Shown: positions 47,228-57,677, counted from the whole stretch's first letter. The stretch: 63,967 nucleotides of DNA, filler included, from an uncultured Methanosarcinales archaeon (GCA_964385185.1; 7 parts of 7 records of this genome joined end to end with filler, not necessarily neighbours in it); one strand, 5' to 3'. Notes: generated by a model from the sequence alone, not told the origin. A program made the numbers and translations.

Positions 47228-47956
47228 TTGGAATGTATGAATGGTAATGGTGGAAATTCAGTAGTAGATTTGTATATGGTCAATTCTGCAAGGCAATTTG
47301 AGTATGTTGAACACTCTTGCTATGATCAAGAACTTAATCCTACTGAGGAAAAATTGGTAATGTCTATGGGGAGTCGTATTGAAAATCCTAATTATGATTT
47401 AGTTCGTCTGGTTGCAACTCATAGAGATTCTAGTAAAGATACTGGAAAATATTTTCTGAAAGGGGCCCATATTAAGGTAAATGATATGTTAAGGGATGGC
47501 AAAGTTAGACTAGATAATAGTTCAACTCTGGATGTGGGTTATTTAGATAGAGCATTTGTAAATTCAGATAAAACAGCACTTGAACTTCTTACTTTATTAT
47601 CCCGTAGAGATAGGGGAGAGGGATATAATCATGCAATGCCTTCTGTACATGAGCTTGCGTATCGTGGGCTTTCTAGCATTGCTAAGTATAGTTCAAGTAT
47701 GCTTGGCAAGTTAGGGGGGAATCAAAGAGGGTTGATTGTAGTGAGTGTGCATAACCCTCTTATTGATGCTGTGTGGGAACATTTGAATCCTGCAAACCAA
47801 GATGATTATTTCTCACCAGGAGATTTTATTCATGGTTTATTTAAAGAGGGGTGTTGTAGTATATCATTTTGTAAAGAAGGTAATGATATAGAGTCTCAAC
47901 CCGTTTTTTGGAATTCAAATACATTAGGACAGCTCATAGATAGATTACAAATATAA
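47228..47956 (+). CDS. Hypothetical protein, possibly a degenerate histidine-phosphatase fold
   Basis: 242-aa ORF; VVSVHNPLI resembles the second His-phosphatase motif, but there is no RHG. Confidence 0.5.
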   Translation: MECMNGNGGNSVVDLYMVNSARQFEYVEHSCYDQELNPTEEKLVMSMGSRIENPNYDLVRLVATHRDSSKDTGKYFLKGAHIKVNDMLRDGKVRLDNSSTLDVGYLDRAFVNSDKTALELLTLLSRRDRGEGYNHAMPSVHELAYRGLSSIAKYSSSMLGKLGGNQRGLIVVSVHNPLIDAVWEHLNPANQDDYFSPGDFIHGLFKEGCCSISFCKEGNDIESQPVFWNSNTLGQLIDRLQI

Positions 47957-48047
47957 TCTTAAACTAATTGATTTAGTGTATTGTAATCCTGCACGAAACA
48001 TTTATATAGCATAGTTTCCAGTATATACATTATATTAGGGGTGGAAT

Positions 48048-50465
48048 GTGTTACAACGTAAACAGAATAAGCTAATTTTATGGTTTGATGAACTTGGAAT
48101 AGATGATGTGCCGCTCGTGGGTGGAAAGAATGCTTCTTTAGGTGAGATGTATCGGAATTTGACAAAGAAAGGTGTTAGGATTCCTAATGGATTTGCTGTT
48201 ACTGCTCACGCTTATGATTATATGATTGAATCTGCAGGGATTAAGAAAGAGATTATGCAGATTATGAAGGGATTAAATACAAAAGATATACATAATTTAA
48301 GTTCTCGAGGTAAAAAAGTTCGTGAAGTTATTAAAAACGCAGAATTTCCTGAAGATCTTAAAGAAGAGATTGTAAATGCGTATCGACAGATGTGCAAACA
48401 ATATCGAAATCCTCATACAGATGTTGCTGTCCGTTCTAGTGCTACTGCAGAAGATTTACCTGATGCTAGTTTTGCAGGTCAACAAGAAACCTATTTGAAC
48501 ATTACTGGAGAGTATGCTTTACTGGATTCTTGTAAAAAATGTTTTGCTTCACTTTTTACAAATAGGGCAATTTCGTATAGGGAGGATCAAGGCTTTGATC
48601 ATTTTAAAGTCAGTCTGAGTATTGGAGTGCAGAAGATGGTTCGGAGTGACCAGAGCTCTAGTGGTATCATGTTTAGTTTAGATACTGAATCTGGTTTTAA
48701 AGATGTAGTTTTGATTAATTCATGTTATGGATTAGGTGAAAATATTGTTCAAGGAGCTGTTAATCCTGATGAGTTTTATGTCTTTAAACCGACGTTACAT
48801 AAAGGATTTAATTCGATTATTTCTCGATCTGTTGGACGGAAAGCTATTAAGATGATTTATGGCCAAGGGGAGAAGCATCCCGTTAAGAATGTGAATGTTC
48901 CTCAGTCTGAACGAGTAAAGTATGCAGTTAGTGATAAGGAAATATTGACTCTGGCAAAATGGGCTTGTATTATTGAAGATCATTATTCTAAGAAGGCTGG
49001 ACATCACAAACCTATGGACATGGAATGGGCAAAAGATGGTCCTAACGGAATTTTGTATATTGTTCAGGCTCGACCTGAGACGGTTGCAAGTCGTAAAGAT
49101 GCTACAGTACTCGAAACTCACGTGATGAAACAGCATGGAAAAATAGTCTTTACTGGACGGGCTGTGGGAGATAAAATTGGTAGTGGTAGAGTCCATGTGA
49201 TTAAAGATGTGAAGGATATTCATAAGTTCAAAGATGGTGAAGTATTAATTACTGAGATGACTGATCCTGATTGGGAGCCCATTATGAAGAAGGCTGCTGC
49301 AATTGTTACCAATAGAGGAGGTAGGACGTGTCATGCAGCTATTATCTCTCGAGAGTTGGGTATACCTTGTATTGTAGGAACTATTGATGGAACTGAGAAA
49401 GTTAAATCTGGTGATAAAGTTACTGTTTCGAGTGCTGAGGGAGATGTTGGTAAAGTGTACAAAGGGATGTTAAAACACGATATTACTAAAGTTAATCTTA
49501 AGAATTTTCCAAAAACTAAAACCAAAGTGATGCTGAATCTTGGAAATCCAGAGCAAGCATTTGAGTTGAGTTTCTTACCTAATCAAGGAGTGGGATTGGC
49601 TCGGGAAGAGTTTATTATTAATTCGTATATTAAGATTCATCCCCTTGCGTTAATTAACTATGATACACTGCGTGATCGTCATGAGAAAGCGAAGATAAAA
49701 GAAATGACTGCTGGTTATACGGATAAAAAGGAATATTTTATTGATAAATTGGCTCAAGGTGTAGCTCGAATAGCTGCTGCATTTTATCCGAATGATGTTA
49801 TTGTTAGGATGAGTGATTTTAAGAGTAATGAATATGCTAATTTGGTTGGTGGTAGAATGTTTGAGCCCACAGAAGATAATCCTATGATTGGATGGAGAGG
49901 GGCTTCTAGATATTATAATGATCGATATAAAGAAGCTTTTGGATTAGAGTGTAAAGCAATGCATAGGGTTCGTCATGATATGGGATTGAAGAATTTGAAA
50001 GTTATGGTTCCTTTTTGTAGGACGGTTGATGAAGGTAAGAAAGTTGTAACTGAGATGAAAAAACATGGATTAGTGAAGGGAAAAGATGGGTTGGAAGTGT
50101 ATGTTATGTGTGAGATTCCATCAAATGTTGTTTTGGCTGAAGAGTTTGCCAAAGTGTTTGATGGGTTTAGTATTGGTAGTAATGATTTGACTCAGTTAAC
50201 ATTAGGGTTAGATAGGGATAGTGAGATTGTCAGTAGTATTTTTGATGAAAGGAATGAAGCTGTTAAGAAATTGGTGAGTTCTGTGATTAAAGTTGCTAAA
50301 TCTAAAAAGAAGAAGATTGGAATCTGTGGAGATGCTCCTAGTACGTATCCAGATTTTGCACAGTTCTTAGTTAAAGAGGGTATTGATTCAATTAGTTTGA
50401 GTCCTGATGCAGTTGTTAGAACAACATTAAAGATTGCAGAGATGGAAAAGAAGTTACGGAGATAA
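48048..50465 (+). CDS. ppsA: Phosphoenolpyruvate synthase
   Basis: VGGKNASLGEM, AVRSSATAEDLP, GGRTCHAAIISRE, SIGSNDLTQ. Confidence 0.97.
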   Translation: MLQRKQNKLILWFDELGIDDVPLVGGKNASLGEMYRNLTKKGVRIPNGFAVTAHAYDYMIESAGIKKEIMQIMKGLNTKDIHNLSSRGKKVREVIKNAEFPEDLKEEIVNAYRQMCKQYRNPHTDVAVRSSATAEDLPDASFAGQQETYLNITGEYALLDSCKKCFASLFTNRAISYREDQGFDHFKVSLSIGVQKMVRSDQSSSGIMFSLDTESGFKDVVLINSCYGLGENIVQGAVNPDEFYVFKPTLHKGFNSIISRSVGRKAIKMIYGQGEKHPVKNVNVPQSERVKYAVSDKEILTLAKWACIIEDHYSKKAGHHKPMDMEWAKDGPNGILYIVQARPETVASRKDATVLETHVMKQHGKIVFTGRAVGDKIGSGRVHVIKDVKDIHKFKDGEVLITEMTDPDWEPIMKKAAAIVTNRGGRTCHAAIISRELGIPCIVGTIDGTEKVKSGDKVTVSSAEGDVGKVYKGMLKHDITKVNLKNFPKTKTKVMLNLGNPEQAFELSFLPNQGVGLAREEFIINSYIKIHPLALINYDTLRDRHEKAKIKEMTAGYTDKKEYFIDKLAQGVARIAAAFYPNDVIVRMSDFKSNEYANLVGGRMFEPTEDNPMIGWRGASRYYNDRYKEAFGLECKAMHRVRHDMGLKNLKVMVPFCRTVDEGKKVVTEMKKHGLVKGKDGLEVYVMCEIPSNVVLAEEFAKVFDGFSIGSNDLTQLTLGLDRDSEIVSSIFDERNEAVKKLVSSVIKVAKSKKKKIGICGDAPSTYPDFAQFLVKEGIDSISLSPDAVVRTTLKIAEMEKKLRR

Positions 50466-50877
50466 TACTACTATTTTCTTGCTTAGTGATTTATGGATGG
50501 GTAGGGTGAATTCATGTTCTATTTTTAGGTTTGTTTTATTTATGAGTTTTTTATAGTTGTAGAATGAAGGGAATCCTATGACTGCTCTTATTTTTAGTAT
50601 TTGGGTGAGTGTTGTTAGGAAATTGGAGTAGAGTTTTGTTAAATCTGTATTTTTGGATCCTAGGGCGTAGGGAAGGTCAGTTACCATGTAGTCTGTTGGT
50701 TCTTCTAGTGTTGTAGCGTCTCTCTTTGATATTTTAGGTGAAAGATTGAATGATTTCATGTTGTGTCTGCATCTTGCTAGCATGTCATTGTCGATATCAT
50801 GGCCGATAGTTTTTAATTGCATTAATCCTGCTTCTATTAATATTCCTCCTGCTCCGCAGAATGGGTCGAGAATTGTT
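50454..50877 (-). CDS. Trm11-like tRNA methyltransferase C-terminal part (5'-truncated)
   Basis: ILDPFCGAGGILIEAG upstream of the ORF-track start; TDLPY; IHKSL. Confidence 0.8.
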
Positions 50878-50977
50878 NNNNNNNNNNNNNNNNNNNNNNN
50901 NNNNNNNNNNNNNNNNNNNNNTTAATTAATTAANNNNNNNNNNNNNNNNNNNNNNNNNNNNNNNNNNNNNNNNNNNN
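50878..50977. other. Artificial contig linker
   Basis: N-run with TTAATTAATTAA. Confidence 0.99.
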
Positions 50978-51777
50978 AAGTTATTGCAACGTCTGGTAAA
51001 TCATCAAGAGAGTCATCTATATCATCAATCATTTGTTGTTCATCATCAGATAATCCATTATCTGCTAAACCTGGATCTGGGCCTCCATGCATATCTCCAT
51101 CACTACATTGACAACCACCACTAAATGGGGCACAAAAATCGTCTTCGTCTGGACAAGATCCCTCACATTGACCTACTCCTCCAGGTCCTCCTTGAATCAA
51201 TCCACATTCTTGAGACCGAGCAACCTCAAGTTCATCTTCTCCCTCATCGAGTTCACCTTGAGGTGTGCAACATGCATCAGTAGCAGCAGCCTCACAAAGT
51301 TCTCCCTTCCCTCCAGCTTTCCAATAGTCTAGAGATATTTCAGTATTTCCTTGTTGACATTGAATAAGCTCTAATTTCTTCTTTCTTTTATATTGATCAG
51401 AAGTAGTTACTTGAGCTCCATTGAGATAGACTAGGGGAATAACAGTACTTGATTTGGGATTACACCCTGATAATTTATAGATGCCATTATCCATTATTTC
51501 ACAAATTTCCTCCAAACAATTCCTTTCACCAGTAGGCCGACAAGGTCTATCTGCAAGACAACTCACCCCCACACCGAAGGCCATCTTGATACATATATTC
51601 TTCTTCATAAGGGTTAACAATATCGCCAGCATGTGTAGCTTGCCCCACTACATTATTAACTCCACCAGCAAATAATAATTTTAATCCTGCCAAACCAATA
51701 ACAACAGCTAGAACAATAATAAGTATATTAGCACTCTTAGGTAGATGATGGTGAACATGATGTTCTTTCTTACCCAT
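50978..51777 (-). pseudogene. Cys-rich membrane-anchored secreted protein, frameshifted at a G5 tract and 3'-truncated
   Basis: Removing one G from the run at 51566-51570 joins the 76-aa TM ORF to the Cys-rich ORF (YQDGLRCGVSCLADRPCR). Confidence 0.6.
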
Positions 51778-51820
51778 ATAGCTATTTTAGAAATAATCAT
51801 ATATAAACTTGATTAATTAT

Positions 51821-52360
51821 TTATGCCAATTCTCTTTTTACAATCTTATGAGCTCTATTCAAATTCTTAAATCGTTCCGTATCACCATCAGGCATATCGG
51901 GATGGGCTTCTTTAGCTAACAGTTTGTACTTCTTATTCATAAGCTCTAGATCTAAAGAATCTTCCTCAACACCTAATAGTTTTCGAGCTTCTTTTCGTTG
52001 ATGCTCTACTTCATCATCTTCAGAGAAATCTAAGATAAACTGATTCATTGTTTTTTCTTCAGCAAGAATCTGTTTCACTTCAAATTCAAGAATTTTTGAA
52101 ATAATATATAAGTTTTCAACATATTTTGTCCCAGCTTTGTAACTGTAATGTAATTGATGCCCATCTAAATACCAAGTAATACTTGCAGGAAGGTTTCTTA
52201 TCGGAGCAGGTTCAAGTTTCATATCAATATCATCTTCTGTTACTCCAACTGCACGTAACGTTTTGATAATATTGTTATAGAATTTCTGAGCTCTACGAGT
52301 AAAAGAATCTCGAACAATCATTGCATTAAATTCATATCCTTTAATTTTTACTTGTGGCAT
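51821..52360 (-). CDS. C-terminal J-domain protein
   Basis: ARKLLGV...YKLLAKEAHPD...FKNLNRA. Confidence 0.85.
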   Translation of the reverse strand: MPQVKIKGYEFNAMIVRDSFTRRAQKFYNNIIKTLRAVGVTEDDIDMKLEPAPIRNLPASITWYLDGHQLHYSYKAGTKYVENLYIISKILEFEVKQILAEEKTMNQFILDFSEDDEVEHQRKEARKLLGVEEDSLDLELMNKKYKLLAKEAHPDMPDGDTERFKNLNRAHKIVKRELA

Positions 52361-52467
52361 TATAGTCTGAAATAAGTTACATTATCTCAAAAAGAAGGGT
52401 TTAAATATGCTTTATAAGACTATTGGAAAATATAGTTTATAGAATATAGATAAAAAAAGAAAAAAAA

Positions 52468-52857
52468 TTACTGTTGCCACATAACTGAATTCACTTTCTC
52501 ACCATTCAGTTTATGGAAGACTTCCTTGACAACTTCATACTGGCCGTTCTCAACCTTTACATAGTAGTCAACGTCAATAACATCCTTTCCATCCTTAAAA
52601 TCAGCACAGGAGACGTATAATCCATCAGATTTGAGTGAGATTCCATCGTGTAGATAGTCAAACTGAGTAGCTCTTCCTTCAACACTATAGGTTCCACCTT
52701 CTCTTGCCATTTTTGTCTGAATAAAATCTTCCATTGCTGTTACAACTCCAGCAGATTCTACCTCACTGACAACATTTCCAGTGATACATCCACCTAGAAA
52801 TCCAATTCCTAATCCTACAATAAGGGCAACTAACCCTACAATTACTGTTTGTTTCAT
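52468..52857 (-). CDS. Small membrane-anchored protein
   Basis: N-terminal TM followed by ITGNVV. Confidence 0.7.
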   Translation of the reverse strand: MKQTVIVGLVALIVGLGIGFLGGCITGNVVSEVESAGVVTAMEDFIQTKMAREGGTYSVEGRATQFDYLHDGISLKSDGLYVSCADFKDGKDVIDVDYYVKVENGQYEVVKEVFHKLNGEKVNSVMWQQ

Positions 52858-52933
52858 TGTTTATACATCCAACAATACCTTAGAATTTACAACTACTGTT
52901 TATAAAGATTAGTTTTGACAAAGTAAATAAATT

Positions 52934-53797
52934 TTACAAAACTTCCTTCAAAGCTGCAATACTCACTTCAACCTGCTTATCATTAGGTTCAGAAGTAGTA
53001 ATTCTCTGAAACCAAAGACCTGGTTGGATAATAACCTTAAAGAATAACTTTGATTTCATCAAAGCACTATATCGAAGAACTTCATAGCCAATTCCCGCTA
53101 TAGGAAACACTAAAAGAAACCGAATAAAGAATAATCCTAGAAAATTCATCTCAATCGGAGCAACACTAAAGACAACAATTGCTATCAAAAATACAAATAC
53201 AATAAATGAAGTTCCACATCTTGGATGTAATCTAGAAAATCCTTGCACATTCTCAACCGTCAATTCTTTTCCAGCTTCTTGACATGCAACTGCTTTATGT
53301 TCTGCTCCATGGTATTCAAACAATACAGCTACGTCCTTCCACAAGGAAATTAATAACAAATATCCAGTAAAAAGTCCAATCCGAATTAATCCATCTACCA
53401 CATTAAACAATATTCGAGAATCACCTAACATCTCTTTGTTAAATAAATATTTAGTAATACCTAAAGGAATTAGTTTAAAGATACCTATAGCCAATACAAA
53501 TGCAAACACCAAACTCAAACCTAATTGCCATCCTGTAAATTCATCCTCTCCTTCCTCTTCATCTAAGGCTTGATCTGCACTCCAATTTAATGCCTTGATA
53601 CCAATAATCATCATTTCAACCATATTAACAATACCACGTAGAAACGGAATGCCAAGAATTTTATGTTTTTCTTTAATAGAAACAAAATGTTCTTTTTTAG
53701 TAACAATTTCTCCTTTTTTACGAACGGCATAACCTAGGTGTGTCTTGCCTTTCATCATAACACCTTCAATTATAGCTTGTCCACCTAAAAGTTCCAT
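52934..53797 (-). CDS. DUF1385 (YqhQ-like) membrane protein
   Basis: GGQAIIEGVMM, YHGAEHK, HPRCGTSF, Q.ITTSEP; start MELLGG at 53797. Confidence 0.9.
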   Translation of the reverse strand: MELLGGQAIIEGVMMKGKTHLGYAVRKKGEIVTKKEHFVSIKEKHKILGIPFLRGIVNMVEMMIIGIKALNWSADQALDEEEGEDEFTGWQLGLSLVFAFVLAIGIFKLIPLGITKYLFNKEMLGDSRILFNVVDGLIRIGLFTGYLLLISLWKDVAVLFEYHGAEHKAVACQEAGKELTVENVQGFSRLHPRCGTSFIVFVFLIAIVVFSVAPIEMNFLGLFFIRFLLVFPIAGIGYEVLRYSALMKSKLFFKVIIQPGLWFQRITTSEPNDKQVEVSIAALKEVL

Positions 53798-53937
53798 AAA
53801 AATGTATATTTGGACTTTATATTTAAGCTTTTGTACTGAATAGAAAACAAAAACATTTATAAACACCCCAATATCTCTATTCTCTATCAGCTATTAACGA
53901 ATAGCAAATCTAATGCTGCAAAGCATGACAACTTAAA

Positions 53938-54504
53938 ATGGCAAGAGTACTAGAAGCGGACACACAAGCCTTTATGGGCAAACTCAAAGAAGAGTTAAAG
54001 AAGATTGAAACTATTTCACCACCTAGTTGGGCAGCTATTGTACGAACAGGTCCTGGAAAACAAAGACCTCCTGCTGAAAAAGATTGGTGGCATGCAAGAG
54101 CAGCATCAATTCTAAGAACTGTATACCTAAGAGGTCCAGTTGGAGTAAGTAAATTACGTACCAAATATGGTGCTAAAGCTAATATGGGTATGGCACCAGA
54201 ACGATTTGTGAGAGCTTCAGGAAATATTATTCGAAAAATTCTACAACAGCTAGAAAAAGCTGAATTAATCAAACAAGCTTCTATTAAAAATCATAAAGGA
54301 AGAGTAACTACTAATAAAGGTCAGTCCATGTTAGATAAGCTGGCTATCGAATTAAAGAAAACAGCTCCAAAGCCAGATGTAACTCCTAAAGTTGCACCTA
54401 AGGCAGAGCCGGTTAAGGAAGCACCAAAAGCAAAGGAAGCTCCAAAAGCTGAACCTGCTAAAGAGAAACCTGCTCCAGCTAAGCCTGAAGCAGTTAAGAA
54501 ATGA
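53938..54504 (+). CDS. rps19e: Ribosomal protein eS19 with P/A/K/E-rich tail
   Basis: PPSWA, WWHARAASILR, GPVGV, SGNIIRKILQQLE. Confidence 0.95.
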   Translation: MARVLEADTQAFMGKLKEELKKIETISPPSWAAIVRTGPGKQRPPAEKDWWHARAASILRTVYLRGPVGVSKLRTKYGAKANMGMAPERFVRASGNIIRKILQQLEKAELIKQASIKNHKGRVTTNKGQSMLDKLAIELKKTAPKPDVTPKVAPKAEPVKEAPKAKEAPKAEPAKEKPAPAKPEAVKK

Positions 54505-54755
54505 GCGAAGAAGAGCAAGCGCAAGAGCAAATTGCACAGCTAGAGACGCTTGTTAAATCAAAATTAACCAGAGACGCATTGGTAAGATATGGCAACATCA
54601 AAACTGCCCATCCTGATAAGATGGTGCAACTATTGCTTGTTTTGGGTCAAATGATCCAAGGCGGACAAATAGAGAGTATTGATGATGACAAAATGAAGGA
54701 AATCCTTCACCAAATGTCTCCTGAGAAAAAAGGATTCACAATCAAACGAGTATAA
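54501..54755 (+). CDS. PDCD5/TFAR19-like DNA-binding protein
   Basis: LTRDALVRYGNIK..HPD; usual position between eS19 and eL39. Confidence 0.85.
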   Translation: MSEEEQAQEQIAQLETLVKSKLTRDALVRYGNIKTAHPDKMVQLLLVLGQMIQGGQIESIDDDKMKEILHQMSPEKKGFTIKRV

Positions 54756-54808
54756 AATGACAACATTCAACCAACCAGCCAAATTTTTTGAATAATACAA
54801 AAAATTTG
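54754..54808. repeat. Duplicate of the rpl39e 5' end followed by a perfect 11-bp hairpin
   Basis: 54754-54782 vs 54832-54860 match at 26/29; CAAATTTTTTG-AATAATA-CAAAAAATTTG. Confidence 0.85.
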
Positions 54809-54834
54809 AGAATAAATAGTCAAAAAAAAACAAA

Positions 54835-55008
54835 ATGACAACATTCAAACATCCAGCGAAGAAAAAGAGACTAGCCAAGAAAGGCGAGCAAACAAAGTGG
54901 GCTCCATTCTGGTCAGTTCCGAAGAAATACGGTGTTGGACGAAGAGTCCATCCAGGTAGACATACGGCTACAAAGAGAAATTGGAGACGAACTAAAACTC
55001 AAGCATAA
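54835..55008 (+). CDS. rpl39e: Ribosomal protein eL39 (57 aa)
   Basis: Below the ORF cutoff: MTTFKHPAKKKRLAKKGEQTKWAPFW...KRNWRRTK. Confidence 0.92.
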   Translation: MTTFKHPAKKKRLAKKGEQTKWAPFWSVPKKYGVGRRVHPGRHTATKRNWRRTKTQA

Positions 55009-55457
55009 TGGCAGACAAAAAAGAAGCAGCTAATGTTCTTGAACGAACCTACAATGTCCCTCTACGTAGAGAATGGCTTAAAGTTCCTAAGTATAGACGA
55101 GCAAAAAGAGCAGTTGCAGCATTACAAAAATTTCTAGTTAAACATATGAAAACAGAGAATGTCAAGATTGGTAAGTATGCTAATCTTGAAATCTGGAAAA
55201 ATGGAATAAAGAGTCCTCCTCACCATATCAATGTTAAAGTGAATAAAGACAGTGAAGGTGTTGCTGTTGCTGAATTGGTCGGTGCACCTGAAGAAAAGAA
55301 GGTAGAAAAAGAAGTAAAGAAAGACGCTAAAAAAGTTTCTAAAACAGCTGAACAAGCTATTAAGAAAGAATTATCTGATCTAGAAAAGAAAACTGAAGAA
55401 GTTAAGAAAGATAAAGAAGTTAAAAAAGAGAGTAAAAAAGAATCTGATTCTAAATGA
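55008..55457 (+). CDS. rpl31e: Ribosomal protein eL31 with charged tail
   Basis: ERTYNVPLR, RAKRAV, KHMK, IWKNGIKSPP. Confidence 0.95.
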   Translation: MADKKEAANVLERTYNVPLRREWLKVPKYRRAKRAVAALQKFLVKHMKTENVKIGKYANLEIWKNGIKSPPHHINVKVNKDSEGVAVAELVGAPEEKKVEKEVKKDAKKVSKTAEQAIKKELSDLEKKTEEVKKDKEVKKESKKESDSK

Positions 55458-56068
55458 CTGACATCTACCTAGTTGGTGGAATGGGTGTTGGAAAGGATAC
55501 ATTAATTAACGAATTAATTAAACATCCTGATGTTAATCATATCTATATGGGATCACCCCTTGCCGGGATTCCTCTTCAGCTTTCTAAAACTACACTCCCC
55601 AATCTCTTGACGCTTTCTAGGGAAGAATGTATTGCAGAAATATTGGATAATCAGGAGATTACTATAGGAACATATCCCAGGGATGAATTTGATACTATGG
55701 GTGGTAGTCTTATGCGGAAACATGGTCCAGATTTCCCCATACATCTCTATCTAGCACTGCGAGACCCTGATAAATCTAACATTTACAATCATGTCGTCAA
55801 AGTAAGCAATTTAAAATTATTAGTAGAAAAACATAACGGTCTTGCTTTAGGATTATATTGTTCAAATGAAACTCAAGCACAAAGAAGATTTGCTAGTAAA
55901 AAGCCCATGAACCCCAAGACATTTGATGAAATGTTAGTCCAAGTCAGAAAGACAAATGATTATTTCGAGGAAGATGAAATGTTAGGTCACTGTGATTTGA
56001 AAATAAACACAGATCAAGTGAGAACAGACGATCCTGCAGTAGTACAACAAGTTCTTCAATACTTATAA
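55454..56068 (+). CDS. P-loop nucleoside/nucleotide kinase-like protein
   Basis: N-terminal IYLVGGMGVGKDT, lid-like RRF, C-terminal DLKINT. Confidence 0.7.
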   Translation: MTDIYLVGGMGVGKDTLINELIKHPDVNHIYMGSPLAGIPLQLSKTTLPNLLTLSREECIAEILDNQEITIGTYPRDEFDTMGGSLMRKHGPDFPIHLYLALRDPDKSNIYNHVVKVSNLKLLVEKHNGLALGLYCSNETQAQRRFASKKPMNPKTFDEMLVQVRKTNDYFEEDEMLGHCDLKINTDQVRTDDPAVVQQVLQYL

Positions 56069-56118
56069 TAAAGTAAACATTTAAAAAAGAGACATACTTC
56101 CTGTTCTGAGGACACTAC

Positions 56119-57636
56119 ATGCCCAAAGGACAATTTAAAAGAAAATCTGGAGTTATTAATGACGGTTTAGATCGTCAATTTGAGTATCCTGCTATTGTAT
56201 TTGATCTTCTAGACACAGCTGAATTAAAGAGAATGGGAAAAATCATCCAAAATGGGTTTTCTCAAATTGCATATCCTCAAATGACCCATACTCGGAAGGT
56301 ACACTTAATTGGTACAAGCAGAAATGCATTAATTATGTTAAGAAATGGACTACGGATGGGTCCAGCAAAAATTAATGGGGAATATGAAAATCTAGTGGCT
56401 GCAACAGCCATATGTCATGATATAGGACACTCTCCTTTTTCCCATGATATTGAAAACCTTATTTCTGAATATTCTGGCATGGATCATGAAGCTGTAAGTG
56501 CAGCCTTAATTGCAGGAGATTTAAGTTTAGTTGATTTTTACAGCCAGATTCCAGAGGGGGTACTTCCTCCTGGACTTAAGCGAGCACGAATAAGAAAGTG
56601 GGAGCAAATGAATACTATCCCAGATGTACTTAGAGCATACGGAGTTTCTCCTGATACTGTTGCTGAAATAATAGATGGAAGTCGGGCAGGAGATACTCCA
56701 TTAATTAGCGACTATCATTTCTTAAGGGAGATTATCGATGGAAAAATTATAGATGCAGATAAATTTGATTACTTACAAAGAGACCCAAATATGTCGGGAA
56801 TTGATGAAACTAGATTCAAGCCCACAGGAATAATGAGTGATATTGGTATAGTTCAAGATCATGATGGTCATCACATAGCAATTGCCGACACAAGTATACC
56901 AATGGTCAACCAAATGTTAGGAACAAGAGAGTATATGTACACCAATTGTTATACACATAAAACTGCTTTACGAGCACAGGCAATGGTCTATGAGGCAACC
57001 AAACGATTTTTACATTCTATACAAGATGAACTGCAGCGTGAAGCATTTGGAAAATCAATCCAACTTTTAGATGAAGAACAATTTGAATCCCTACTCACCT
57101 CAAGAGATCTACCAATAGTGGAAGAATTATTGGAAACTGCTGTATGGGACCGACAGGAAATGCATAGGTATGCATTTGAAGTCCAGTATAGTGACGTCCC
57201 ATTACCCACAGCAAAACAAGATACTGAGGAAGGTAGGTTACTTGATAAACTTTTCGAGATTAATACAAGAGAGAAGGATGGAGAGTCATTCATTAGAGAT
57301 CTTATTTTAGCTAGGGTAAATGCAGGAGCGACTTCATTAGAAGATCATGACATCATTGTATACTTTCCTTATCCTAGGCAAAGAAGAACATTAGAAAGTT
57401 GTAAAGAGAAGTTCAGCCTCCATGTATATAATCACAGAGATCCATCTCTAGTGTATAATATCAATTCTTATATGCAAGAGAGTAATACAAATACTGACAG
57501 CAGAGTGGAAAGTCTATTTAGTACTTATTGCAGACATCAAACTTCCAGATATTTTACCGTATTGGCATCACCTGGAAATGAAAAAATTGTTCATGAAGCT
57601 ACAGTTGAAACAATGAATGATCTACTTAATCAGTAA
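56119..57636 (+). CDS. HD-domain dNTP triphosphohydrolase-like (SAMHD1/COG1078 family)
   Basis: LKRM..IIQNG...YP..THTR..H, HDIGHSPFSH, HE, IDADKFDYLQRD, R..MY...YTH. Confidence 0.85.
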   Translation: MPKGQFKRKSGVINDGLDRQFEYPAIVFDLLDTAELKRMGKIIQNGFSQIAYPQMTHTRKVHLIGTSRNALIMLRNGLRMGPAKINGEYENLVAATAICHDIGHSPFSHDIENLISEYSGMDHEAVSAALIAGDLSLVDFYSQIPEGVLPPGLKRARIRKWEQMNTIPDVLRAYGVSPDTVAEIIDGSRAGDTPLISDYHFLREIIDGKIIDADKFDYLQRDPNMSGIDETRFKPTGIMSDIGIVQDHDGHHIAIADTSIPMVNQMLGTREYMYTNCYTHKTALRAQAMVYEATKRFLHSIQDELQREAFGKSIQLLDEEQFESLLTSRDLPIVEELLETAVWDRQEMHRYAFEVQYSDVPLPTAKQDTEEGRLLDKLFEINTREKDGESFIRDLILARVNAGATSLEDHDIIVYFPYPRQRRTLESCKEKFSLHVYNHRDPSLVYNINSYMQESNTNTDSRVESLFSTYCRHQTSRYFTVLASPGNEKIVHEATVETMNDLLNQ

Positions 57637-57677
57637 CATTCTTAAACCCACCTCAATTCTAACCTATTGGTGACAAC

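Noticed and set aside
54380..54500. Short repeats in the rps19e tail, and similarly in the Pro-rich RPA2 linker at about 15880-15980
   Set aside because: Ordinary low-complexity coding extensions
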